Positions 1 to 8,857 of a stretch of 64,000 bases of DNA are shown here, piece by piece. The notes beneath the pieces are model-generated. The model saw nothing but the letters and a program-made list of their open reading frames with translations, ran no database searches and had not been told where the DNA came from. The stretch comes from Actinomycetota bacterium. GTDB lineage: Bacteria; Actinomycetota; UBA4738; HRBIN12. The position numbers and the translations under genes are program-made. Each line of letters starts with the position of its first letter. The stretch's first letter is position 1. Location: the NCBI GenBank assembly GCA_036519575.1, contig DATDKZ010000162.1, positions 1,628-65,627 of the forward strand, in the 5' to 3' direction.

Positions 1-100
1 TTCCCGTCGGTCAACAACGGAGCACCGCAGGTGTGCACCGGTGATGTCGACTACAACTCGTTCAACGGGAACGGGCAGGTGAACGCCCTGACCGCTGTGG
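1..100 (+). CDS. 3' end of an upstream CDS (…NGNGQVNALTAVGG, stop TAG 98-100); product unknown
   Basis: Open frame from the window edge to TAG; no recognisable domain in the 33 visible codons. Confidence 0.25.
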
Positions 101-135
101 GCGGGTAGGTCTACATCGTTTCCAGTACGACGCGA

Positions 136-163
136 GGGGGCGGCCGCGAAGCGGCCGTCCCCC
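136..163 (+). terminator. GC-rich hairpin downstream of the partial CDS (GGGGGCGGCCGC-GAAG-GCGGCCGtCCCCC)
   Basis: 12-bp stem with one bulge read directly in the sequence; no U-tract, as is usual in high-GC actinobacteria. Confidence 0.4.
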
Positions 164-259
164 GTCATATTGAGAAACCGCGACGGACCCATGCAGGCCC
201 AGATCCGGTCGAACGTTTGCTGCGCAAAAAGCGCATGATGGTGAAGACAGAACTGCCCC

Positions 260-2470
260 ATGGCCCAACCGATACAACGCGACCGGCCCCACCGGGGACT
301 GCTTCCGGTTCGGCTGCTGCATGCGGCGGCCGGGCGGACACTCCCCCGCCTGCCCGCGAGATGGCGCACGCGCCTGGACGCCCCGCTCGAACCCTCCCGC
401 CTGGACGCGCGTGCCGAACGAGCGATTGGGCACTACGAGGCGCTTGACGGGGAGAGTCGGTTCGGACTCGTTCTGATCGTGGGGATCTTCGTGTTCGCCC
501 TGGCCTTCCTGCCGGTGGTGATGGCCGTGACCACCTCGCTCGCCATGGTCAAAAGCCACTACCTGGTCAACGCCGGCGATCCGCTCAAGCTCCCCCCGCT
601 CCCGCAGCGATCGACCATCCTGGCCAGGGACGGCTCGGTCCTCCAGCACGTGTATTTCGGCGAGAACCGGGTGGTCGTGCCGATCAACCGGTACCGCGAG
701 AGCACCATCGACGCCGTCCTGGCCATCGAGGACGACGGGTTCTTCCAGCACGGTCCGCTGGACTTCTCGGCCATCGTCCGCGCCGCCGTCACCAACCTGA
801 TTGCCGGGGGGATCGTGGAGGGCGGCTCGACCATCTCCCAGCAGCTGGTCAAGGACACGGTCACCGGTGACGCTCCCACGCTCGCTCGGAAGATCCGGGA
901 GGCCGCTGACGCCATCCGCCTGGAGAACACCTACTCCAAGGAGCACATCCTGGGGATGTACCTGAGCGAGGTGTACTTCGGCCACGGCGCATACGGCATG
1001 GCCGCGGCTGCCGAGTACTACTTCGCACGGCGGGCCCCAGAGCTCTCGGTGGCCCAGGCCGCCCTCCTGGCGGGCATGATCCGCTCGCCGTCGTACTACG
1101 ACCCGCTGACCAGGCCCAAGCACGCGCTGCACCGCCGCAACACGGTCCTGGCCCGGATGCTCGAGCTCGGCTGGATCACGAGCGCCCGCTACGACCAGGC
1201 GTCGTCGGCGCCGGTCGTCCTCTCCGCAGCCGATCGGAACGTGGCCCAGGCCGCTCCGAACTCGTACTGGACCCAGTACGTCGTGGACAGCTTCCTGTCC
1301 AACCCGGCCTTCGGTCCCACCGTGAAGGCTCGGATCAGGGCTCTGTATCAGGGCGGCCTGAAGATCTACACGACGCTCGAGCCTTCCATGCAGCGACAGG
1401 CCGAGCAGACCCTCCTGAACCGCATGACCGGGCCAGAGCTGCCACAGTCCGCCCTGGTCAGCATCGTCCCCCAGACCGGCGCAATCATGACCATGGCCGT
1501 CGGGAACGCCCCGTACGGGCCGAGCCAGTACAACCTGGCGGTCGATCCCGGCGGCGGACGGACCGCGGGCAGCGCATTCAAGGTGTTCACCCTGGCCGCC
1601 GCCCTGGAGGCGGGGATCTCGCCGAACGCCGTCTACAGCGGGTACTCCCCCAGGACCATCCCGAACTGCGGCGGGGGAGAGACCTGGACCGTGCATAACG
1701 CTGAGCCCTTCGGGGGTGGAAGCTTTCCGCTGTGGCTGGCCACTGCGGACTCGGTGAACGTCGTGTTCGCCCAGGTGATCGACCAGATCGGGCCGGAACG
1801 CGTGGCGGAGGTGGCGCAGAAGATGGGGATCACCACCGAGCTCACGCCGGTATGTCCGCTCACGCTCGGCACCTCACCGGTCTCGCCACTCGACATGACC
1901 TCTGGCTTCGCCACGCTGGCCAACGACGGTGTGCACTGCCAGCCCTACGCCATCGCCGAGGTCGTCTCGAGCACCGGAAAGACCGTCTACCGCCAGAAGC
2001 CAGAGTGCTCGCGAGCCATCCCGGCATGGGTGGCCCAGCAGGAGACCCACATGCTGGAAGGGGTCGTCGAGTTCGGTACCGGCACCGCGGCCAACATCGG
2101 GCGGCCCCAGGCGGGCAAGACCGGAACGGGCCAGGACTACCAGGACGCGTGGTTCCTCGGCTACGTGCCCCAGCTCGCCACCGGGGTGTGGGTGGGCTAC
2201 GCCAGGGCCGAGATCCCCATGCCCTACGTCCCGGGGTACGGGACTGGGTTCGGAGGGGTGCTCGCCGCACCCATCTGGCACGACTTCATGCTGATGGCCA
2301 CCCAGGGGATGCCCGTCGAGTCCTTCGTCACACCTTCCGTCTCGTATTACACCCCGGCTCCGCCGCCGCTCTCACCCAGCCCGAGCCCCACCCCGGCCCC
2401 CTCGACCGGACCGCCGGGGAACGGGAACAACGGCAACGGCAACGGAAACGGATACGGGCACGGCCACTGA
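260..2470 (+). CDS. Class A penicillin-binding protein (bifunctional transglycosylase/transpeptidase, PonA-like), Pro-rich tail ending GNGNNGNGNGNGYGHGH
   Basis: 736-aa ORF: Arg-rich cytoplasmic N-terminus, one TM helix, GT51 motifs (EDDGFFQHGPLD, GGSTISQQLVK), transpeptidase SAFKVF (SxxK), Pro/Gly/Asn low-complexity C-terminus. Confidence 0.85.
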   Translation: MAQPIQRDRPHRGLLPVRLLHAAAGRTLPRLPARWRTRLDAPLEPSRLDARAERAIGHYEALDGESRFGLVLIVGIFVFALAFLPVVMAVTTSLAMVKSHYLVNAGDPLKLPPLPQRSTILARDGSVLQHVYFGENRVVVPINRYRESTIDAVLAIEDDGFFQHGPLDFSAIVRAAVTNLIAGGIVEGGSTISQQLVKDTVTGDAPTLARKIREAADAIRLENTYSKEHILGMYLSEVYFGHGAYGMAAAAEYYFARRAPELSVAQAALLAGMIRSPSYYDPLTRPKHALHRRNTVLARMLELGWITSARYDQASSAPVVLSAADRNVAQAAPNSYWTQYVVDSFLSNPAFGPTVKARIRALYQGGLKIYTTLEPSMQRQAEQTLLNRMTGPELPQSALVSIVPQTGAIMTMAVGNAPYGPSQYNLAVDPGGGRTAGSAFKVFTLAAALEAGISPNAVYSGYSPRTIPNCGGGETWTVHNAEPFGGGSFPLWLATADSVNVVFAQVIDQIGPERVAEVAQKMGITTELTPVCPLTLGTSPVSPLDMTSGFATLANDGVHCQPYAIAEVVSSTGKTVYRQKPECSRAIPAWVAQQETHMLEGVVEFGTGTAANIGRPQAGKTGTGQDYQDAWFLGYVPQLATGVWVGYARAEIPMPYVPGYGTGFGGVLAAPIWHDFMLMATQGMPVESFVTPSVSYYTPAPPPLSPSPSPTPAPSTGPPGNGNNGNGNGNGYGHGH

Positions 2471-2479
2471 GGCCGCCCA

Positions 2480-2820
2480 TCACAACTCTCCGATCCGCTC
2501 CATGGGGAACGGCGGCTGGGCCAAGGGCTTGACCGCCAACCGAAGCAGCACCAGCGGGTTGTCATCGCCGGCCGTCCGATTGAGGTGGAGCTCGGCACAG
2601 CCGCGGCACCGGTGGACGATGACCCATTCCCCGTCTCCTCGAACGGTGATGGCATCGGTTCCATGAGCGAGCCGCAGTCCGCGGCTCGGTCGCCGGGACT
2701 GTCGTCCAGGTGGCGGCTCCACAGGCAGTTCGTGCAATGGTTGCGGTGAGCGGTGCCAAGGGCGTCGGCCGAGACATCCAAACCGGCAGTGGCCACAGCG
2801 GAACGAGCTTCGTCTCTCAT
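2480..2820 (-). pseudogene. RNHCP-domain zinc-ribbon protein gene interrupted by a 1-nt frameshift near 2655
   Basis: Frame A (ORF 2347..2967) carries HRNHCTNCLWSRHLDD…CGSLMEP. Frame B (ORF 2480..2851) carries …AITVRGDGEWVIVHRCRGCAELHLNRTAGDDNPL. The two halves of one RNHCP-like domain lie in different frames and join at about 2653-2656. Confidence 0.5.
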
Positions 2821-3285
2821 GCCGCTCACCGCGGCGTTGATCGCGTGACATCGGAAGACCTCCAGGAGCGCACGATGGGATACGCCGTCGTGCTCTGAAG
2901 GCTCCCGCCGATCAGGAAGAGCGGGACCGACCGGAGCCGGGGCGCGACTCGACGACCACCTCGGCAACGATCATCGGTCACCTCCTTGCGGTCGGGCCAC
3001 CCAGCGTGGCGAGGTGCGAACCTGGCATCCCGTCCGTGGATGAGGCAATGGGACCAGGGGAAGGCCCGTCTCGGTTCGTCGTCGTGAGGAGGCGGCTGTG
3101 GTGTGCCCTACATCACTTGCGTGTCCCCCGACAGGATCCGAAAATCCGCCGGCCTGGCGATTGATGACGCCGAACCGAGCGACTAGTGTTCGGGCGCCGG
3201 GCAGTTCCGCCGAGCATCCCCCGCAGGACTCTCCCTCGCTTCCCTTCGTTGGCGGTGGTCTTCCCACGAAGTCGATGGAGCGTGC

Positions 3286-4371
3286 ATGGAAGAAGTTGCG
3301 CGGGTGATCCTCGCCCTCGAGGAACACGATGTGGCCGAGGAAGTCATGCACTTCCTCGACCGGACCGGAAGGGCCCGGGTGGTGGCGACCGCCTCGGACG
3401 AGCATCAACTGTCCGAAGCCATTCGACAGCTGGAACCCGACGCCGTCGTGGGTTCGCCCCGGCTCGCAACCTCCGCACGACTGAACGGGAGCGCGTTGCT
3501 CGCCGTCGACACGACCGAGACAGTGCAGACTCTTCGGCGAGCCCTCAATGCGGGAGCGAGGGGCTTCTTCCTCTGGCCGGCCGATCGAGGTGAGCTGGCC
3601 CGCGCCGTCGCCCGCGTCTTTGCTCCCGGAACCCGGGAGCGTCACACGCTTGGACGAGTCGTCGCCGTCCATGGACCACGCGGGGGCGCTGGGGCGACGT
3701 TCCTGGCCACTCACCTCGCGGCGAGCTTCGCACGGCGTGAGCTGCAGTGCGTCCTGGTGGACCTCGATCTGGGGATCGCCGACATCGGACCTGCCGTGGG
3801 GGCTCCCGTGGACGGATCGCCGAGGACCATCGCCGATGCCGTTCCCATGGGCGAGGAACTCACCGCCCGCCACCTCGACGACCTCCTGTGGCCACATCCC
3901 GATGGGTTCCGGGTGCTGTTCGGACCCGCGGACGTGCAGGTGGCGGAACGGGTCACGGCTCGGGACATCGGTCCGGTCCTCGAGGCAGTACGGTCGGCCG
4001 CCGACGTCGTAGTTGTGCACATCCCCCGTGGCATGGACGACACGGTGAGGTTAGGGCTTGGCCTCGCGGATGTGGTGGTGATGGTGCTGGGACTCGACGT
4101 GCTGTCCTTCCGGGCCGCCAAGCGGGTCGTCGATGCCACGGGCCTCGACGATCGCTGTTCGTTCGTCGTCAACCGCGCCACCAGGCGAGAGATCTCGCCT
4201 GACGACGTCAAACGGGTCTTCGGGCGTTCCCCGGTCGCCGTGATCCCCGTGGACCGAAGGGTGCCCGCTGCCCAGGATCACGGTCGTCTGCTCCCCGCGC
4301 GAAGGAGGGCCGGCCGCTCGGTCGACCGGCTGGCCGCGAAGCTGCTCGAGCGGTTGGAGGAAGGCTCCTGA
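3286..4371 (+). CDS. tadZ: TadZ/CpaE-like pilus assembly ATPase (N-terminal receiver-like domain fused to a ParA/MinD-type ATPase)
   Basis: 361 aa: degenerate REC-like N-terminus, then deviant Walker A VVAVHGPRGGAGATFLATHLA. First gene of a tad locus; GGAG lies 5 nt upstream of the ATG. Confidence 0.8.
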   Translation: MEEVARVILALEEHDVAEEVMHFLDRTGRARVVATASDEHQLSEAIRQLEPDAVVGSPRLATSARLNGSALLAVDTTETVQTLRRALNAGARGFFLWPADRGELARAVARVFAPGTRERHTLGRVVAVHGPRGGAGATFLATHLAASFARRELQCVLVDLDLGIADIGPAVGAPVDGSPRTIADAVPMGEELTARHLDDLLWPHPDGFRVLFGPADVQVAERVTARDIGPVLEAVRSAADVVVVHIPRGMDDTVRLGLGLADVVVMVLGLDVLSFRAAKRVVDATGLDDRCSFVVNRATRREISPDDVKRVFGRSPVAVIPVDRRVPAAQDHGRLLPARRRAGRSVDRLAAKLLERLEEGS

Positions 4372-5669
4372 TGCGTGCCGATGCACTCCTGGAGGTTCGT
4401 CGCGGCCTGCACGAGCGGCTGCTTCGTCGGGTCGATGCTCGTGGACTGGAGGAGGTGTCGCGAACCGAGCGGCGTCTGCGGGTGCGCGAGGAGGCACTGG
4501 CCATCCTCCGCGAGGAGAGGCACATCCTGCCGCGGGGTGTGCTGACGAAGGTCATCAACGAGGTTTCGGATGCGGTCGTCGGGCTGGGACCCATCGAGTT
4601 CCTGCTCAAGGATCCCGAGGTCACCGAAGTGATGGTGAACGGGCCCGACGACGTCTACGTGGAGCGGAAGGGGCGGCTCGAGAAGGTGACGGACGGTCTG
4701 TTTGAGGGGGAGGAGGCCGTCCTGCACGTGATCGAGAGGATCGTGGCCCCGCTCGGCCTTCGGGTCGATGAGTCATCACCTTGGGTGGATGCGCGACTGT
4801 CGGACGGCAGTCGGGTGCACGCGATCATCCCGCCCCTTTCGCTCTGCGGTCCCACGCTGAACATCCGCAAGTTCTCTCCCGTGCCCTTCACGCCGGAGGA
4901 ACTCCTGGCGAGAGGAACGCTTGGGCCACGCGCGCTCAGATTTCTGGCCGCCTGTGTTCGAGGTCGGGCGAACCTGATCGTCTCGGGAGGAACGAGCTCG
5001 GGCAAGACGACATTGCTCGGCGTCTTGTCCACGTTCGTCCCCGACGAGGAACGATTGGTGACCATCGAGGATGCGGCTGAGCTCCGCCTGGTCAAGCCAC
5101 ACGTCGTCTCGCTCGAGGCGCGTCCCGCGAACGTGGAGGGCAAGGGCGAGGTGACCGTGCGCGACCTGGTGAGAAACGCGCTTCGCATGCGGCCGGACCG
5201 GATCATCGTGGGTGAGGTTCGAGGGGGAGAGGCCATCGACATGCTCCAGGCCATGAATACCGGCCACGATGGATCGCTGTCGACGGCTCACGCGAACTCA
5301 CCTCGCCATCTTCTTTGGCGGCTGGAGACCATGGCGATGATGTCGGACGTCGGGCTGCCGGTCGGTCACGTGCGCGCGCAGGTGGCCTCGGCCATCGACG
5401 TCATCGCGCACATGGCCCGATTGCCCAGCGGACGACGAGTGGTTCTCGAGGTGGCGACCGTCGATGGGATCCACGAGGGGCAACCCGTCCTCACGCCACT
5501 GTTCCGGTTCCGCCCCCGGCTCGGTACTCATGGCTTGTTCGAGTCGACCGGGGTCGTCCCCGAGGTGGCGATCCAGCTCGCAGACGTCGGGGAGGACCTC
5601 CCCGAGGAGCTGTTCGCCCCAGGGCCAGATGGGGACACGTTCGAGGTCGGAAACGTGGAGAGCGGATGA
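4371..5669 (+). CDS. tadA: TadA/CpaF type II/IV secretion ATPase
   Basis: 432 aa: Walker A GGTSSGKTTLLGVL plus Asp/His boxes of the VirB11/CpaF family. Start overlaps the tadZ stop (ATGA). Confidence 0.9.
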   Translation: MRADALLEVRRGLHERLLRRVDARGLEEVSRTERRLRVREEALAILREERHILPRGVLTKVINEVSDAVVGLGPIEFLLKDPEVTEVMVNGPDDVYVERKGRLEKVTDGLFEGEEAVLHVIERIVAPLGLRVDESSPWVDARLSDGSRVHAIIPPLSLCGPTLNIRKFSPVPFTPEELLARGTLGPRALRFLAACVRGRANLIVSGGTSSGKTTLLGVLSTFVPDEERLVTIEDAAELRLVKPHVVSLEARPANVEGKGEVTVRDLVRNALRMRPDRIIVGEVRGGEAIDMLQAMNTGHDGSLSTAHANSPRHLLWRLETMAMMSDVGLPVGHVRAQVASAIDVIAHMARLPSGRRVVLEVATVDGIHEGQPVLTPLFRFRPRLGTHGLFESTGVVPEVAIQLADVGEDLPEELFAPGPDGDTFEVGNVESG

Positions 5670-6499
5670 GGCCCGAGGTGGCCGCGACGGTCCTTGCCTC
5701 GTTGCCCGGTCTGTTCGCAGCCGTGGCGGCCGATCTGATGGAGCGAGAGCGCGTCCGAGCGCGAGCGGGGGTGAGGAGGCGCGAACGAAGTTGGGGTGGC
5801 GGTGGACGTCGCCTTCGTGCGCCAACCCTTCGAGCGCTCGGCGCGCTCGGAGGCATCGTGGTCGGAGTATCGGTCGCCGGCCTCCCGGGCGCTGTGATGG
5901 GGGGAATCGCGGCGATCATCGTCCCGCTCGTCCGGGCACGGCGGAAGATGGCTCATCGCGCGGAAATGATGGAGGAGCAGCTCGGCCAAGCGGTGTCGGT
6001 GATCGCCGCCGGTCTCCGGACCGGCCTGTCGTTGCTCCAGGCCATCTCACTTTCCGCAGATGAGGTGGGTGCTCCGCTGGGGGCTACGCTCCGCGGGCTC
6101 GCCGACCGTGTTTCGCTGGGGGTTCCGTTCCCACGATCCCTGGACGGTTGGGTTGCCGAGGTTGGCGTCCCGGAGGCCCGGCTGATGGCAGGAGTGCTCA
6201 GCCTTCACCGCCGGACAGGTGGCGACCTGCCCGTGGTTCTCGATCGACTTGCCCGCACCCTCCGAGATCGGCAGGCCGCGGCGCGCGAGGTCCGATCCCT
6301 GACCGCGCAGGCTCGATTGTCGGGCGCGATCCTGGGCTTCCTGCCGATCGGCTTCTTCCTGTTCCTCTCGGTCACGTCGCGACGGGACATCGCCGCCGCC
6401 TATCACTCGTCGACGGGAGCCACGGCCATCGTTGCCGGCCTCCTCATGCAGGGCACGGCGTTCCTGTGGATCCGCCGGCTTCTTCGGGTCGAAGGGTGA
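5666..6499 (+). CDS. tadB: TadB pilus assembly inner-membrane protein
   Basis: 277 aa, polytopic, GspF/T2SSF-like. ATGA overlap with tadA; followed by tadC. Confidence 0.75.
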   Translation: MRPEVAATVLASLPGLFAAVAADLMERERVRARAGVRRRERSWGGGGRRLRAPTLRALGALGGIVVGVSVAGLPGAVMGGIAAIIVPLVRARRKMAHRAEMMEEQLGQAVSVIAAGLRTGLSLLQAISLSADEVGAPLGATLRGLADRVSLGVPFPRSLDGWVAEVGVPEARLMAGVLSLHRRTGGDLPVVLDRLARTLRDRQAAAREVRSLTAQARLSGAILGFLPIGFFLFLSVTSRRDIAAAYHSSTGATAIVAGLLMQGTAFLWIRRLLRVEG

Positions 6500-7341
6500 T
6501 GGACGCGTATCTGGCCCCTGTGGTTGCCGCCGCTGCGGCCATGCTGGCCGCCTCGGCGGCGGCCACGACGGTTGACCGGACGCTCGCTTCCCGCCTGGGA
6601 GCTCCGCCAGTCAACGGGTCGAGTGGCAGGCTTCGGCGCGTGGTGGGCCGCCTCGGCGCCGCTCGCCTCGGTCGTCGCCTTCCGGGCAGGGCGGCCACCC
6701 TCCGGCGGATCACCCATGCCCGCGTGGCGGTCACGGAGGACGAGATGGCGGGGGCGAAGATCCTTTCCGCTAGCCTCCCTGCCCTTGCGGCGCTGTCCGC
6801 GCCCTGGCCCGCCCCATTGCTCGCTCCGGTGCTGGCCGGATGCGGCCTCCTGCTCCCCGACGTCCTGCTCGTCCGGCTCGCTCGCCGCCGCATCGAGCGA
6901 GCCGACCGAGAGGTGCCCCTCCTCCTCGATCTCCTCGCTGCGGCCTCCTCCGCCGGGCTCTCGGGCCAGCTCGCCCTTCGCCGGGCGATCGAGTCGACGG
7001 AGGGACCCCTCTCGGAAGAACTTGCCGAAGTGATCCGGTCCGTGGACTTGGGCGCTCGGTGGCGCGACGAGCTCCGCAGCGCCTCGGACCGATTGCCCCT
7101 CCCGGACCTGCGAAGGGCGGTGGCCACGATGGGCCGGGCCGAATCCCTCGGGTCGTCCCTGGCCGACGCCCTCTCGGAGCTGGCGACCGAAGTCCGCGAC
7201 GCACGACGTTCGGCCGCCACCGAGCGCGCTCGGAAAGCGCCCGTCAAGATGCTGTTCCCTCTGGTGTTCCTCGTGCTCCCGGCATTCCTCCTCCTCACGG
7301 TGGTGCCCGTCTTGATCAGCGCGCTGCAATCGATCCGCTGA
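6499..7341 (+). CDS. tadC: TadC pilus assembly inner-membrane protein
   Basis: 280 aa T2SSF-like membrane protein. ATG overlaps the tadB stop (TGATG). Confidence 0.75.
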   Translation: MDAYLAPVVAAAAAMLAASAAATTVDRTLASRLGAPPVNGSSGRLRRVVGRLGAARLGRRLPGRAATLRRITHARVAVTEDEMAGAKILSASLPALAALSAPWPAPLLAPVLAGCGLLLPDVLLVRLARRRIERADREVPLLLDLLAAASSAGLSGQLALRRAIESTEGPLSEELAEVIRSVDLGARWRDELRSASDRLPLPDLRRAVATMGRAESLGSSLADALSELATEVRDARRSAATERARKAPVKMLFPLVFLVLPAFLLLTVVPVLISALQSIR

Positions 7342-7355
7342 GGGGAGGTGACGTC

Positions 7356-7550
7356 ATGTTGCTTGCGCTCTACATCCGCATCCGAACGCGGATCGCGCGG
7401 GACATCGGCCAGACGACGGCAGAGTACGCCTTGGTGATCCTGGCGGCTGCTGCCATCGCCGTCGTGCTGATCGCCTGGGCTCGTTCCTCGGGCAAGCTCC
7501 CGGCCTTCTTCGACAACATCATCGACCAGGTGGCGGGGAGTGCGCGGTAG
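7356..7550 (+). CDS. flp: Flp-family type IVb prepilin (64 aa)
   Basis: Charged leader, then GQTTAEYALVILAAAAIAVVLI, which matches the Flp G/xTxxEY processing motif and hydrophobic stem. RBS AGGGGAGG lies 8 nt upstream. Confidence 0.7.
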   Translation: MLLALYIRIRTRIARDIGQTTAEYALVILAAAAIAVVLIAWARSSGKLPAFFDNIIDQVAGSAR

Positions 7551-7938
7551 GGCCTGGGGCGGTCGGCTCGAACGAGGTTCGGCCGTCGTGGAGTTCGCGC
7601 TGGTCCTGCCGATCCTGCTCTTGCTCTGCCTGGCCCTCGTGCAGATCGGACTGCTCGCTCGCGATCAGCTTCTCCTGGTGCAGGCGGCCCGGGCGGGCTC
7701 GCGACAGGCAGTGGTCGATCCGGAAGACGATGCCGTTCGATCGGCCGCGCTGCAGGCCGCGCCGGGACTCGACCCGACGAGGGTGGAGGTCACGGTGGAT
7801 CGAACCGGCGGCCTCGGCCAGCCGGTCGAGGTGACGGTGGGTTACGAGGCGACGATCGCCGTCCCGTTGGCCGGGGTGTTCTTCCCGTCAGACGTCTCGT
7901 TGGAGGCCTCAACGGCCATGCGTCAGGAGTTCCCCTGA
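7540..7938 (+). CDS. tadE: TadE-like pseudopilin/pilus assembly protein
   Basis: 132 aa. N-terminal ERGSAVVEFALVLPILLLL is the TadE/TadG signature. GTG start overlaps the flp 3' end. Confidence 0.65.
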   Translation: MRGRAWGGRLERGSAVVEFALVLPILLLLCLALVQIGLLARDQLLLVQAARAGSRQAVVDPEDDAVRSAALQAAPGLDPTRVEVTVDRTGGLGQPVEVTVGYEATIAVPLAGVFFPSDVSLEASTAMRQEFP

Positions 7939-7964
7939 ACCGCGAGGGGGGATCGGTCTCGATC

Positions 7965-8300
7965 GTGGTCGCGGCGCTCGTGGCCATGATCCTGGTTCTC
8001 GGGCTGGGAGCGGCAGACCTGGCCAAGGCGCTCGTCGCGGTGTCGACGGCTCAATCCGCCGCCGACGCGGCGGCCCTGGCTGCCGCGCAGGAGCTAGCGT
8101 TGCCGTCCGGGCGCGAACCGGCCGATGCCGCCTCGGAATACGCCGCTCGCAACGGCGCCGAGCTGATTGAGTGCCGATGCGTGGCCGGGACGTTGGAAGC
8201 TATGGTGCGCGTCCGGGTACCCGTGGGCTACCTGTCGACCCTCGGAGGTGAACGGATCGTCGAAGCGCGAGCCCGCGCCGTCGTGGATCCCGGCTCCTGA
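7965..8300 (+). CDS. Second TadE-like protein (mycobacterial Rv3654c-type helicase/secretion-neighbourhood TadE-like family)
   Basis: 111 aa: hydrophobic N-terminus, then the Ala-rich AAADAAALAAA segment typical of that family. Confidence 0.5.
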   Translation: MVAALVAMILVLGLGAADLAKALVAVSTAQSAADAAALAAAQELALPSGREPADAASEYAARNGAELIECRCVAGTLEAMVRVRVPVGYLSTLGGERIVEARARAVVDPGS

Positions 8301-8376
8301 CCGCTACCGGTGTCGCGGAGCCGGGTCCCGAGGTCCGAACCCCTACGTCAGGGGCCGGGCGTACAATGCCCGCACC

Positions 8377-8772
8377 ATGCAGAACCCACGGCAGATGGCC
8401 AGGGGCCGGCGGGCCCTCCTGGGGGTCGTCGACTACACGCTGGCCAAGCGGGCCCTCCTCAAGGAGGTCCGGGTCGGCTTGCGGTCCCGGGCCGACATCT
8501 GCGACGCCCACCCCGAGCTCATGCGCGCAGCCAAACACGTGGGGGAGGAGACACGTCGGGACTGCCCGGTATGCGGCAGATCCAAGCTCGTGCTGCTGGC
8601 CTACGTCTACGCCGACGGCCTCAGGGCGAACAACGGCCGGGTGTGGACCCTGGACCAGGGCCTGACCCTGGCCACCCGGCATCGCAACGCCTGGTGCTAC
8701 GTGGTGGAGGTGTGCCGCGACTGCGCCTGGAACCACCTGACCGAGGCCTTCGTGGCTCGCGAGGCCGGGTAG
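8377..8772 (+). CDS. DUF5318-family protein (Rv0049-like conserved actinobacterial protein partnered with ponA1)
   Basis: 131 aa with CPVCG…CRDC cysteine pairs, immediately upstream of and co-oriented with a class A PBP, as in mycobacteria. Confidence 0.6.
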   Translation: MQNPRQMARGRRALLGVVDYTLAKRALLKEVRVGLRSRADICDAHPELMRAAKHVGEETRRDCPVCGRSKLVLLAYVYADGLRANNGRVWTLDQGLTLATRHRNAWCYVVEVCRDCAWNHLTEAFVAREAG

Positions 8773-8857
8773 GCGGTCGGCCCAAGGGAAACCTCGCACC
8801 GAAAAGCCACGTCTACCTGGAATGAGATGCAGAGCCCCTGGGTAGAATCGCCCCGGC

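Noticed and set aside
62-1696. 544-aa ORF on the minus strand opposite the first PBP gene. Similar long Arg/Gly/Pro-rich antisense ORFs appear at 6403-7329, 8200-9063, 9590-10765, 16927-18189, 25194-26294 and 52049-54319.
   Set aside because: These are typical spurious open frames on the non-coding strand of high-GC genes. Their composition is low-complexity (R/G/P/A), they have no motifs, and they fully overlap well-supported genes.
2710-2898. 62-aa plus-strand ORF overlapping the RNHCP locus; also other short alternative-frame ORFs in the ORF track with no motifs (e.g. 3098-3307, 4781-5080, 12273-12509)
   Set aside because: Short and lacking both RBS and motifs; embedded antisense or out-of-frame within better-supported genes.
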